The notes under the pieces are model-generated. The model searched no databases, was not told the origin of the DNA, and worked only from the letters and a program-made list of their open reading frames with translations. Positions 17,982 to 26,789 of a stretch of DNA of 36,544 nt are shown piece by piece. Each line of letters starts with the position of its first letter. Positions within the stretch are counted from its first letter, which is position 1. This DNA is from a virus. Its lineage: Duplodnaviria > Caudoviricetes. The position numbers and the translations under genes are program-made. Location of the stretch: positions 1 through 36,544 of the IMG/VR virus record IMGVR_UViG_3300031627_000003, one strand, 5' to 3'.

Positions 17982-19741
17982 TTTGTGTAGTGCTTATGAA
18001 TTCCGCCATCCGCTGCAAGCGGAAGATCTGCAATCCACTCGGGTGGAGTGGACATAATTTGGGTCAGCGTGTCGAGCGCGTCCTTGGCTTGGTCGTTGGG
18101 CACCTCCGCGACAATCTCATCGTGGACGGTGAACGTGACCGGGATGCCTGCATCCTCGGCTTGCCGAATGTGGTGCGCGAATACGTCGCGGCTCAAGGCT
18201 TGGACGACGTTCTCTGTCAGCTTCCCGCCCCATGTGAAGCACTTGAAAGTGCCATTGGTCTGGTTGACGACCGTGTCGTTGGTGTCCTCCCGGTCGGCCC
18301 GTGGTTGCCACCACTTTACTGACCGACCGGAGGGCAGCTCGAACTCAAGCAGGTCTTGCTGCTGGTTCTTGGCGTGCTCCAGCCGGCCGTCAAGCGTCTT
18401 CCAGAAGCGGGTCGTTGTCGTGTTCAGCCCCCGCCAGTTGGCTACGGTGTTCTTAGCCTCCTCATCAGTGAAGACGATGCCGGCCCACTGGTGTGCGAGT
18501 GCTTGGAACTTAGCCCAGCCGCAACCGAAACCCAGACCGAGGATCTGAATCTTGATGAGCTGGTAGAGCGCGGGGTCGCCGCTCTTCAGCGTAGCATCCT
18601 TGTCCCACAGCCCGTTGGCTCTGGCGTATGCCTCGTAGAGCGAGCCGCCACCGGTCCTTAGCTGGTCGAGGAACGTGGCATCTCCACCGAGCCAAGCGAG
18701 GACGCGGGGCTCAATCTGAGCCAGATCCGAGATGATAAACTTGTGCTTGGGTTTCGGGCGAACCATCTCACGCAGGTTGACCCCAAACATCTCACCACGG
18801 GGGAGGTTCTGTACGTTGACGCCTGCGTCTCCAGACCATCGGCCGGTGTGACCTCCCCAGTATTTGAGGTAGACGGGCATGGTGCCGTCGTGTCGGACAC
18901 GCACGCTCATGTTGTTCAACTTCGCGAGCAGCATGTTCGTGCGGCGGTAGTCCCGCAGTGCGGCGACCCACGCTAGCTTGTCGCCATACTTCGTCTCCCA
19001 TTCCGCAGCCTCGGGGCTGTCCTTCGCCAGTGACTTGGGCGCCGGGATGCCGAGGGCGCGGCAGTAATCCCGCAGGGCGGGGAGCGACAGTATCTTGCCG
19101 GTGGATCGCCACGGGACAAGACCCTCTGCGGTGTCTCGTAGATCTTGCAGCTGCTTGATGCCGCGCTTCAGCGCAGGCTTCTGCACAGTCACCCCTCGCC
19201 AGATGAGCTGTCGCGTGTGCGCGGATAGCCAACGCTCGGATGCCGGCCACGCTGGGCTGTGCTTTTCCCATAGCTTGAGGCACCAGATTGAATCGTTGAG
19301 CGCATACTCAAGTAGCTCCTTGTCTTTGCCCTTGGCCTGCGCGTCTGCCCAACGCTTACCGGACATCCAGTTCCGCATAACTTTGGGCAGCTCAACGCCG
19401 AATGAGATCTTGCACGCCTTGGCAAGAGCGCGAGGGTAGCCGCAGTAAGCCATGAGGTCGGCCGAACAGCTCCAGCTGGCGTAGTCAAACTGAGGAATGA
19501 GATCTCGCGCCTGACCCGCGAGGCAGATGACCATGTCAAACCCGGCGTTGTGGCTGACGAGGTGCTTGCCGGCAAGCAGTGACCAGTCAAACGCTGTCGG
19601 ACAGCCTACAAACTCGACACCCTCCCCAACGACCGACACCATGTAGATGTCGGTGTCGGGGTGGTGCGCGTAGCCCCACGGTCCCATGGTCTGGACTGTG
19701 TGCGTTCGCGAGTAGTAGGTCTCAAAGTCGACGGCGATCAT
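17978..19741 (-). CDS. polA: Family A DNA polymerase with 3'-5' exonuclease
   Basis: Exonuclease motifs VDFET, HNAGFD and YALND; TGRWS..QNLPR; motif A SDLAQIEPR; motif B KIQILGLGFG; ENVVQ; motif C VHDE. Confidence 0.93.
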   Translation of the reverse strand: MIAVDFETYYSRTHTVQTMGPWGYAHHPDTDIYMVSVVGEGVEFVGCPTAFDWSLLAGKHLVSHNAGFDMVICLAGQARDLIPQFDYASWSCSADLMAYCGYPRALAKACKISFGVELPKVMRNWMSGKRWADAQAKGKDKELLEYALNDSIWCLKLWEKHSPAWPASERWLSAHTRQLIWRGVTVQKPALKRGIKQLQDLRDTAEGLVPWRSTGKILSLPALRDYCRALGIPAPKSLAKDSPEAAEWETKYGDKLAWVAALRDYRRTNMLLAKLNNMSVRVRHDGTMPVYLKYWGGHTGRWSGDAGVNVQNLPRGEMFGVNLREMVRPKPKHKFIISDLAQIEPRVLAWLGGDATFLDQLRTGGGSLYEAYARANGLWDKDATLKSGDPALYQLIKIQILGLGFGCGWAKFQALAHQWAGIVFTDEEAKNTVANWRGLNTTTTRFWKTLDGRLEHAKNQQQDLLEFELPSGRSVKWWQPRADREDTNDTVVNQTNGTFKCFTWGGKLTENVVQALSRDVFAHHIRQAEDAGIPVTFTVHDEIVAEVPNDQAKDALDTLTQIMSTPPEWIADLPLAADGGIHKHYTK

Positions 19742-20106
19742 GCGACAGTGAAGCTGAACTCCCCTTGGCGGTCATCGCTGGTGGCGACGTTTTTCTGCTC
19801 CTCCAACATACCGAGGGCCAGCAGGCTGTAGCCGATCAGGTCTTTGAATGCGTCCTCGACTCCCTCTGTCTCGACAGCCAGATCGCCCGTCTTGCAGAAC
19901 GACTTGACCCGGTTGAATTTGTCGTTCATGCGATTCGACAAACCGGCCAGCGGGTCGATGCCGAACTGCTCAGCCTCTCGGAAATTGCGGAATGGGTCCG
20001 ACTCCAGCGCTCCAGCCGTATAGTCGTTGTTCTTCTTCTCGATCAAGGCCCGCATATCCGTGAAGGTCTTGTCGATGAACTGAAAATATTTTGTCTTTGT
20101 GAACAT
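19738..20106 (-). CDS. DUF1599 / Nmad1-like nucleotide-modification-associated helical protein
   Basis: Likely start ATG 20106. Signature KKNNDY..DPFRNF..RMNDKFNR..DAFKDLIGY. Confidence 0.75.
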   Translation of the reverse strand: MFTKTKYFQFIDKTFTDMRALIEKKNNDYTAGALESDPFRNFREAEQFGIDPLAGLSNRMNDKFNRVKSFCKTGDLAVETEGVEDAFKDLIGYSLLALGMLEEQKNVATSDDRQGEFSFTVA

Positions 20107-20127
20107 ATCTTTGTAGCGAAATTGAGT

Positions 20128-20230
20128 GCCCCGGTGGCGGGTCGAACACTGAGCGGTGTTGTTGTTGTGTATCCCTACAGCCAAGCCATTGGTGTATTGA
20201 TGTGCTCAGTGCTCGACTCGCCACCGGGGC
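20128..20230. repeat. 27-bp inverted repeat (2 mismatches) around a 49-nt loop; candidate structured RNA
   Basis: gccccggtggcgggtcgaacactgagc (20128-20154) versus gctcagtgctcgactcgccaccggggc (20204-20230). Confidence 0.9.
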
Positions 20231-20236
20231 GGTTGA

Positions 20237-20995
20237 CTAGCCAACGAGGGAGTCAGCCCATGCTTTGAACTCCACATTGTTCTCAACCCCAGCGGTGAGC
20301 TTGGGGTTCGCGATGGTGTTACCGTTGCCGAGCACATGCTTGGTCGTGATGGCAGTCCACTCGCGCTGATGGAACGACGTGAGGTGCATGGTCCTTGCAG
20401 TCAGCAACGGCTTGGCCGCAGCGTTGTAGGCCGACCAGCTGCCGATGGTCCACAGCGCCATCGCATACTTCTCGCCGTTGAACTCCAACGCGAACTCGGG
20501 GGAGTCTGCGTCAGTGCTGCGGATGAGGAGCACCACGTCGAGGCACTGGTTCACCTCGGGTCGATCACCGGACGCGGAGTCGAACTCAACGCGGAGTCCC
20601 GCATTGAGCGCTTCCGCCTTGGTGTTGAACACACGGGGGAACGTGTCCGACCCGTATTCCAACGCCTCGACGTAGGTCTTGCGACCGCTGAGCGGGGTGA
20701 AGTGGACCGGGTCGCCGAGGCCCGCGAGCTGCGTGGTGCGGGACAGCACCCATGCGCCGAACGGCCAGTCGTCGGACAACGGTCCGATTTTCTGGGCGAT
20801 GTTCAGCTTGGGGATCTTGATGTCCGACTTCTCCATCTCGCCCTCGAAGTCGTTTGCGCCGTTGACGGGCATTCCGACATGCGACGTGGGTGCCTGCTGC
20901 GCGACCGCGTGGGTTCCAATGGGCGCTTCGATGCCGTCAGTGGGCGCCGTGTTGCCGACGTTGTTCTTGGTGGTTTCTTTCTTTTTTGATGCCAT
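20237..20995 (-). CDS. Putative ssDNA-binding/annealing protein
   Basis: 252 aa with SDIKIPKLNIAQ motif. It lies between the Cas4-like nuclease and PolA, where SSBs usually sit. Mostly synteny. Confidence 0.5.
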   Translation of the reverse strand: MASKKKETTKNNVGNTAPTDGIEAPIGTHAVAQQAPTSHVGMPVNGANDFEGEMEKSDIKIPKLNIAQKIGPLSDDWPFGAWVLSRTTQLAGLGDPVHFTPLSGRKTYVEALEYGSDTFPRVFNTKAEALNAGLRVEFDSASGDRPEVNQCLDVVLLIRSTDADSPEFALEFNGEKYAMALWTIGSWSAYNAAAKPLLTARTMHLTSFHQREWTAITTKHVLGNGNTIANPKLTAGVENNVEFKAWADSLVG

Positions 20996-20996
20996 G

Positions 20997-22088
20997 CTAT
21001 TTTCTTTTTAGGTAGTTTGTCTTGGGGTTTTCTGCTTCCAACAGACCGCCAGCGATGAGCGCTGCGATCAAAGTTTCTTCAACGCCATTCTTCTTGGCTT
21101 TCTTCTTCAGCTGGCTGATCGACAGCGAGCAGCACTGGAGTATCTCGTCCTTGGGAATGCCGAGCGACATTGCGAGGTCCACCGACTTGGACGTGTCGCC
21201 CTGTAGCTTCTGGATCGCTGCGCGTTCGCCGACGACGTGGTGCTTCATCTCTTCGCCATCGAGGAGGAGGTCCATTGCCCGCTTCTTGACGGACTTGGCC
21301 CACGCTTCGACCAGTCGGGCGAACGGCAGGCCGAACTCGTCAAGCTCCACGACAGTCATGCTCGCCGGGTCGGTGTTACTGGGGGCGACCAGTCCCCCGG
21401 TCTGGCTCAAGCCGACCTGAGTGATCGTCTTCGCGATGGCCGGGCACCCATCGAACTTGGCGCAATACTCGCACGCCTTGCACGGTGTCCGACGCGGGTC
21501 GGGCGCAGTTATCAGGTCGAACAGGTCGGTCAACTCCTTGACGTAGCTGTCCAGCTTGGCGCGGACCAGCGTCGCGCTGGACACGTCGCCCTGCCGTGGC
21601 ATTACGAAGAACACCGTTATCTGGTCAACCTCTGGGAACTTCTGAAAGGCTCCCACAGCGTAGGCTAGAGCCTGAAGGTTCTTCTCTGCGTGCGGCACGG
21701 GTAGCCTGCCGAACTTCCAGTCGGCGAGGACTGCCTCAGTCTGTGTGCCGTTTGGTTTGTTCTTCTGGATACTGAACCAGTCGGCAGTGCCGAACGTGCT
21801 GTGCCCGTTGCCAAGCTCGATGTTGACTCGGACCTCCTTGAAGATCTTCTTCGCGTTGGCTTTTATGTTCGCCATGAAGTCGACCACGGTCTGCACCGCA
21901 CGCTCCTGCTCGGGGTCGAGCGCGTCTAGGAACCCAGTCTCCACTGCGGCGTGCATGAGGCTGCCCTCATCTGCCGCCTCGGACGTCCCTCCCCGGTTCT
22001 CCCACGCGTTGCATTGGCGTCGGTAGTTCAGGCTTGAGGGTCCGAGGCGGTGGTGGACATCTGGCCCGGCCTGTTCTGCGCCGTCCAT
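20997..22088 (-). CDS. DUF2800 / Cas4-like PD-(D/E)xK exonuclease
   Basis: H..LGPSS..C, AADEGSLMH, FGTAD, LADWKFG, NLQALAY, and C-terminal C..CEYC....CP. Confidence 0.85.
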   Translation of the reverse strand: MDGAEQAGPDVHHRLGPSSLNYRRQCNAWENRGGTSEAADEGSLMHAAVETGFLDALDPEQERAVQTVVDFMANIKANAKKIFKEVRVNIELGNGHSTFGTADWFSIQKNKPNGTQTEAVLADWKFGRLPVPHAEKNLQALAYAVGAFQKFPEVDQITVFFVMPRQGDVSSATLVRAKLDSYVKELTDLFDLITAPDPRRTPCKACEYCAKFDGCPAIAKTITQVGLSQTGGLVAPSNTDPASMTVVELDEFGLPFARLVEAWAKSVKKRAMDLLLDGEEMKHHVVGERAAIQKLQGDTSKSVDLAMSLGIPKDEILQCCSLSISQLKKKAKKNGVEETLIAALIAGGLLEAENPKTNYLKRK

Positions 22089-22450
22089 TACTTGTCCCCC
22101 TCTGGGCTGGCAGCATCCACGTTGGTCGGGTCAGCGGGCGTCCCGGCTTTGCGGATGAAGTGCGCCTCAACCTCAGTGAAGAGGTCGTCGGCGCGACTGA
22201 TAACCCCGGTCGCGCCGAGGTAGCTGTTGTCCTCGCTGACGATGTTCGATGCTTCCACGGCGCAGACCAGCGACATGAAGTGGTTGACGCGGGCAAGGCG
22301 GTCAACCTCACGCTCCAGCTTGCCGTTGGCATACGCAAACTGGTTGGCGGCTTTCTCGGCAACGTCAAGCTGTTGCTTCAGCTGGGTGATTTCAGTGCGC
22401 TGTTCCACAATGAGAACGTCCTTCGGGATCTTTTCTGGGGTTAGTTTCAT
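22088..22450 (-). CDS. Hypothetical coiled-coil protein
   Basis: 120 aa, tightly packed between the helicase and the nuclease. Confidence 0.65.
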   Translation of the reverse strand: MKLTPEKIPKDVLIVEQRTEITQLKQQLDVAEKAANQFAYANGKLEREVDRLARVNHFMSLVCAVEASNIVSEDNSYLGATGVISRADDLFTEVEAHFIRKAGTPADPTNVDAASPEGDK

Positions 22451-22452
22451 GT

Positions 22453-23688
22453 TTAGTATAGGTCTGCTGTTGTTAGCGTTTCAATGTTCTCTCTTCGCGC
22501 CATCACCCGTGGCATCAGCTTGTGCTGCTCCATGGTTCCAGCTGCAAAAATTATTTTGTGGACAGCCTTGGACTGTCCACCTGCCCGGTGCGTGCGGCCG
22601 AACTCCTGAAGGAGTATCGGCGCGGAGTGGGGCGGGGAGATTATGGTGACGACGGGACCGTGTCCGACATCATGCAAGTCCAGTCCTTCGCCGGCAGCCT
22701 GCCCGTTGCACGCTATGATTGCCGGCGTCGGGCTCATCTGGTGGTTCTTTCGGAGGTTCTCGCGGTCAGCCGGCGGCACGCTGCCGTCGATATATGTGCA
22801 GCCCGTCTCGGCAGCGAACGACAGCAGGGGAGCCTTGAAGTTAAAGAATGCCACGACCTTGTTGCCTTGGGCAATCTCGTCGCGGGCCAGCGAGACCATG
22901 GCGGGGACGCGTATCATCTCCAGCTCTGCGCGGATCTCCATCGTGCTGCCTGAGTTGCCCTCGACTAGTCCCGCACGGATCTCGTCGACGCGCCGGGCAT
23001 CGGCCTTGGTGATAGGGACTGGGACGCAGTCGACGACGTAGTCGGGGAACCCCTCAACGTCGGCCCAACCGGTCGCAACAATGCAACCCTTGAGGACTTC
23101 CTTCAGCTTTAGCATGTCCTGCTTGTCCCCCACAAACTGCCACGGCTTTCCGCGAATCCAGTTGCATCGAACGCAGCCCCAGTTTGGGATTGAGGAATAC
23201 CAGCTATCCCAATCCACCTTGTTGGTCAGGTGCAGGAACGCACGGGACTTGAGCGGGTTGTCAAATGGGGTGGCGGTAAGGCACAGGATGCTGAAGCCAG
23301 CATTCTTGAGCTGGACCGCAAGCAGTGCTTGAAGGGACTTGGGGCTCCCAATGCGGTGCGCCTCATCGAACACGATGAGGTCACGCTTAGGGTCAAGCTC
23401 TGCGCGTAGCTTGGCTTGACCCTTGGCGGTGCGTGCCTTCTCGTAGTTGGTCCAGTTGAACCCGTCGCAGTAACCTGCGGTCGACATCATGCCTGCCTTG
23501 TCTTTCCACCCCGGCCCAACTCCCAGCGGGCAGATCACAAACGCCTGCTTCTTGAGCAGGTGCGCCACAGCAAGCGCGGTGATTGACTTGCCGGTCCCCG
23601 TGGACGAGGCGTCGATGGCGCTGCCGCATTCGCGGATGCTCTTGATGAGGTCCGCCGCGTTGGTGAGCTGGTGTGGGTAGAATTCCAT
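22453..23688 (-). CDS. SF2 (DEAH-box, SNF2/ResIII-like) helicase
   Basis: YPHQ, STGTGKS, DEAHR, LTATP, GEGLDL, QEFGRTHR. Confidence 0.9.
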   Translation of the reverse strand: MEFYPHQLTNAADLIKSIRECGSAIDASSTGTGKSITALAVAHLLKKQAFVICPLGVGPGWKDKAGMMSTAGYCDGFNWTNYEKARTAKGQAKLRAELDPKRDLIVFDEAHRIGSPKSLQALLAVQLKNAGFSILCLTATPFDNPLKSRAFLHLTNKVDWDSWYSSIPNWGCVRCNWIRGKPWQFVGDKQDMLKLKEVLKGCIVATGWADVEGFPDYVVDCVPVPITKADARRVDEIRAGLVEGNSGSTMEIRAELEMIRVPAMVSLARDEIAQGNKVVAFFNFKAPLLSFAAETGCTYIDGSVPPADRENLRKNHQMSPTPAIIACNGQAAGEGLDLHDVGHGPVVTIISPPHSAPILLQEFGRTHRAGGQSKAVHKIIFAAGTMEQHKLMPRVMARRENIETLTTADLY

Positions 23689-23689
23689 G

Positions 23690-24157
23690 TTAGTTTAGGT
23701 TGTGTCCGACACCTACGGAACCCGCAGTGAGCGCACTGGTCAGCGCGTGGTGCCGGTCCCGTAGCTCTTGATGCGCGACCTCGACGGCGATGACTCGGGA
23801 GACGAGCTGATCGTGCTGGGCCAGTAGGTCGACGTGCCGACCCAGCAGGTCGTTGTATCCTGCGCCGGGTTTACCGTGACCGGGCTGCTCTGCGGTTGCC
23901 ATTGCCGCCTTGTCGAACGGCGAGGGCAACCCGATAGCAGCGAACAGCTCGCGAACCGTAGTCATGCCGCAATTCTTGGTGCGGATAACCAGCTTCACGT
24001 TGTCGTTGTCCGACAGCCACTCCGAAAGCTCGTTCCGGCTGGTGATCTTGTTGGTGGCGCAGACTGTAGCGGCAGCGGTGCCGAGCTTAGTCATTGCAGG
24101 ACACCCGGCGAAGATTGCGCGGGCGATGGCTGATCCGTTTCCGTGTTTCTTGGGCAT
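23690..24157 (-). CDS. Hypothetical protein with RNAP alpha-CTD-like HhH segment and C-terminal coiled coil
   Basis: LGTAAATVC..NKITS..EL..RTKNCGMTTVREL resembles the alpha-CTD pattern LSVR..NCL...I.T..DL..NFG.KS..EI. Similarity judged by eye only. Confidence 0.5.
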   Translation of the reverse strand: MPKKHGNGSAIARAIFAGCPAMTKLGTAAATVCATNKITSRNELSEWLSDNDNVKLVIRTKNCGMTTVRELFAAIGLPSPFDKAAMATAEQPGHGKPGAGYNDLLGRHVDLLAQHDQLVSRVIAVEVAHQELRDRHHALTSALTAGSVGVGHNLN

Positions 24158-24162
24158 AGTGT

Positions 24163-24474
24163 TTAGCCTTGAAATGTGATGGAGTCTTGCGTGAGCACGA
24201 ATCGCGTGTTCGTAAAACTGCTTTTGTGGAACTGCTCGCAGTGCCCGTCGTGTCCGACGTAGATGGCCGTGTCAACGTTGTCAATGACGAGGACGCGGTC
24301 GGCGTCCTTGATGTGGGGTGCCTCGCTGTCGACGGCCCGGTAGACGCCGGGCTCGTCAAGCATTTGCTCGCGGGTTACTGTGTGACACTTGGGGGGTTCT
24401 GGTGTTATTCTTACGTCCATGATGATATTAGTGTTTATGCTTGCTTGAGTCTGTTTATGCTGTTGAGCGGACAT
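24163..24474 (-). CDS. Hypothetical protein (start uncertain, 24474 or about 24420)
   Basis: Fills the gap in the minus-strand operon. Confidence 0.6.
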   Translation of the reverse strand: MSAQQHKQTQASINTNIIMDVRITPEPPKCHTVTREQMLDEPGVYRAVDSEAPHIKDADRVLVIDNVDTAIYVGHDGHCEQFHKSSFTNTRFVLTQDSITFQG

Positions 24475-24498
24475 GATCGTCAGCTTCGGTCATGTTTG

Positions 24499-24972
24499 TC
24501 AAATAAAATGTGGACCGGCTGCAAGAATGAGCAACGCGTCCGCAGTTTTTAGTGTGATCTTGAGGTCTGGGTGGCGACGCTGGGCGGCTGCCTTAAGGTG
24601 GTTCTTCCACGCGGTGGTTGTCCTGCCATCCTTTGTGCCCAGACTCAGCTTCCGCATCCATGCTTGCGGCTTGATGAGCGCGACCGGGATGTCCATTGCC
24701 GCGAACGTGCCAAGCACGTATCCAAAGTTCCGGCCAAACTTAAACATGGCAGAGCCCGGCTGTCCGACACCGCCGACGTAGCCGCCGACCTCCTCGACAA
24801 ACGCTGTTGTTGCACAGCCACCTTTCCACCGGCGAACGCGGATTTCGGAAATCAGGTCCGTGAAGTCGCGCTCGGTTTCCGGCATCCCTTGGCAGTGCGT
24901 GTTGCCGTCGTAGTCGCGCCATGCGATGCCGCCGCTCTTGCCGGGGTCGATGGCGATGTGAGTCATGCTCAC
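24499..24972 (-). CDS. ruvC: RuvC-like Holliday junction resolvase
   Basis: IAIDPGKSGGIA, FVEEV, MFKFGRNFG, PQAW, ADALLI. Confidence 0.85.
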   Translation of the reverse strand: MSMTHIAIDPGKSGGIAWRDYDGNTHCQGMPETERDFTDLISEIRVRRWKGGCATTAFVEEVGGYVGGVGQPGSAMFKFGRNFGYVLGTFAAMDIPVALIKPQAWMRKLSLGTKDGRTTTAWKNHLKAAAQRRHPDLKITLKTADALLILAAGPHFI

Positions 24973-25166
24973 ACGTCCACCCTCCCGCCGCCGCCTAAGC
25001 GCAGCCCCGCGTGACGCCAGCCGTTCCTCGAACTGGGCGGTCGACCGACTGGCTTGCCGCAGTGCTTGGCGACGAGGCCAGCGTAGACGCTGCCCAGCGT
25101 GGCGGGTGCGCTGCGTGCGCCTCGGGTTAGCTTACGCAGTGGGATGTAATCGTCGGAGTAGCTCAC
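24969..25166 (-). CDS. Small hypothetical protein
   Basis: GTG start after AAGGAG, with GTGA overlaps at both ends. Confidence 0.55.
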   Translation of the reverse strand: MSYSDDYIPLRKLTRGARSAPATLGSVYAGLVAKHCGKPVGRPPSSRNGWRHAGLRLGGGGRVDV

Positions 25167-25318
25167 GGTTCGATGACTCCTTCCGCGTCGAGCGCGGCGC
25201 GAAGTTTGCCGGCAGCACCGCGCCGGTCACGCCGCTTGGGCGTTGGAGCGCGAGCGCAGACCAGTGCGAGGAACGCGCCGAACATGACCAGCCCGACCAA
25301 GGTCGCGGTAGGTGTCAC
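25163..25318 (-). CDS. 51-aa single-TM protein (not in ORF track)
   Basis: Manual translation MTPTATLVGLVMFGAFLALVCARAPTPKRRDRRGAAGKLRAALDAEGVIEP. AAGGAGG upstream and GTGA overlaps at both ends. Confidence 0.65.
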   Translation of the reverse strand: MTPTATLVGLVMFGAFLALVCARAPTPKRRDRRGAAGKLRAALDAEGVIEP

Positions 25319-25527
25319 TGTGCCACCTCCTTGTGTGCCGTCGTCAGGAACGCGGTGACGTCGGCAGCATCGAACCGGACGACGTTGCCGCCCATGCGAT
25401 AGACTGCGACGACGCCGGTGTCTGCCCAGCGGAGTAGTGTGCGGGAGGTGACGCTCAGTCGCGCCGCCGCCTGCTTTGTGGTTAAGAAGTCAATGTTTTC
25501 GTTCATGTGGTGGTGCTTTTCATTCAT
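25315..25527 (-). CDS. xis: Excisionase-like MerR-type HTH protein
   Basis: FLTTKQAAARLSVTSRTLLRWADTG..YRMGG.VVRF, adjacent to the recombinase. Alternative start at 25506. Confidence 0.8.
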   Translation of the reverse strand: MNEKHHHMNENIDFLTTKQAAARLSVTSRTLLRWADTGVVAVYRMGGNVVRFDAADVTAFLTTAHKEVAQ

Positions 25528-25575
25528 GTGGTGGTGGTGATAGCCTGCGGGTGCTGTTGTTGTCCAGAGAAATCG

Positions 25576-26709
25576 TCAGAAGCCATGATCGAACGCCAAC
25601 GCCCAGTAGCTGGCAGCCTGCTGCTCATTGACTGCTCTGCGGTAGGCCGCGAAGGTCTGCTGTGTGCTGGTGTGCCCCATCTCGGCGGCAGTCTGATGCG
25701 GTTCTTTGAACGCAACAAGGTGGTGCGACGCGTAGCTGTGCCGCATCCCATTGCGAGGGACGGTGACACCGGCGCGAGCAACCGCGTCTGCGCGGTGCTG
25801 CCGCAGATTGGCACCCGTGACAACCGGCCCGTGCGAGGGCTTCAGGGTCCAGTCGAACGACTGCAAGGGCGGGGTGAACTTTACCCAGCGTTCCGCCGCT
25901 GCGGTCTTGCCGGGTCCGACATACAGGTTGCCGGGGGTATCGGACTCAGGGTCCATGTTGGGCTGCACGTCGGCCCAGTCGAGCCGTCCAATCTCAGAAG
26001 GTCGGAGTCCCATGAACGCGCCGAACACCAACGCCCACGCGACCGGGGGGTGCGCCGCAGACTCATCAAGCAACGCCCCGAGGGCACTGGGGGTAAGTAT
26101 TCCGACAGCGGCCTTGGTCGCGTGGGCGAGGTAGGTGCCGGCGGCGGGGCTGCGGTCCAGCTTTCCGAGACTGACTGCGTAGTTTAGTATTGCCTGCAAC
26201 ATCCGTTGCAGGTTCCGGCGCGTGTCCGACGCGCCGTCGAGTGAGTCAAGCCACGCCTGCGCGTCTGCCTGTGAGATCTCGCGGACCGCCCGATCACCGA
26301 GGACCGACAGCCGCACCAGCCGGGATAACCTTTCGCAGTCCCGCAGCCGCAGGTCGCCGATCACACCAGCGCGGTGCTTCTTGACTTGGGCTTGGACGTA
26401 GTCGTCGCAGATGCTTGAAAGGATGTGGGGGGTGGGCGGTGCGACGGTGTCGACCTTGCCGGATAGCGCGGCGTCCATCTGTGCCAACGTCAGCTTGCCA
26501 CGCCAGCGGGCCAGCAGAAGAGCCTCGTCCCGAGTTACCGGGACGGTGGCGAGGTTGCGGATCTGCTCCTTGATCGCCAGCGCGGTGGCCTGTGCGATTC
26601 CCCGGTCATTGGTGCGGTGTCGTTGTCGACTCCCAAAGACATGCGGGGGAACATTCACCTCCCAAGCGTAGCGGGGGTGCGATGACACTGTGACGGTAGG
26701 TTGATACAT
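25576..26709 (-). CDS. int: Tyrosine recombinase / integrase
   Basis: Likely start ATG 26709 (MYQPTV). Catalytic set GLRPSE (R), GKT (K), NGMRHSYAS, MGH and AAYR (Y). Confidence 0.9.
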   Translation of the reverse strand: MYQPTVTVSSHPRYAWEVNVPPHVFGSRQRHRTNDRGIAQATALAIKEQIRNLATVPVTRDEALLLARWRGKLTLAQMDAALSGKVDTVAPPTPHILSSICDDYVQAQVKKHRAGVIGDLRLRDCERLSRLVRLSVLGDRAVREISQADAQAWLDSLDGASDTRRNLQRMLQAILNYAVSLGKLDRSPAAGTYLAHATKAAVGILTPSALGALLDESAAHPPVAWALVFGAFMGLRPSEIGRLDWADVQPNMDPESDTPGNLYVGPGKTAAAERWVKFTPPLQSFDWTLKPSHGPVVTGANLRQHRADAVARAGVTVPRNGMRHSYASHHLVAFKEPHQTAAEMGHTSTQQTFAAYRRAVNEQQAASYWALAFDHGF

Positions 26710-26789
26710 CTGGCGACCTTGGCACAGCCGGGGCAGCGGAGTCAAGGCCGCACGATGCAGCCCCCGAGTGTAGTGTGCAGGGTGCCGGA

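Noticed and set aside
20997-22088. Cas4-like gene as evidence of a CRISPR-Cas system
   Set aside because: There is no repeat-spacer array or other cas gene. The context is the standard phage nuclease-SSB-PolA module.
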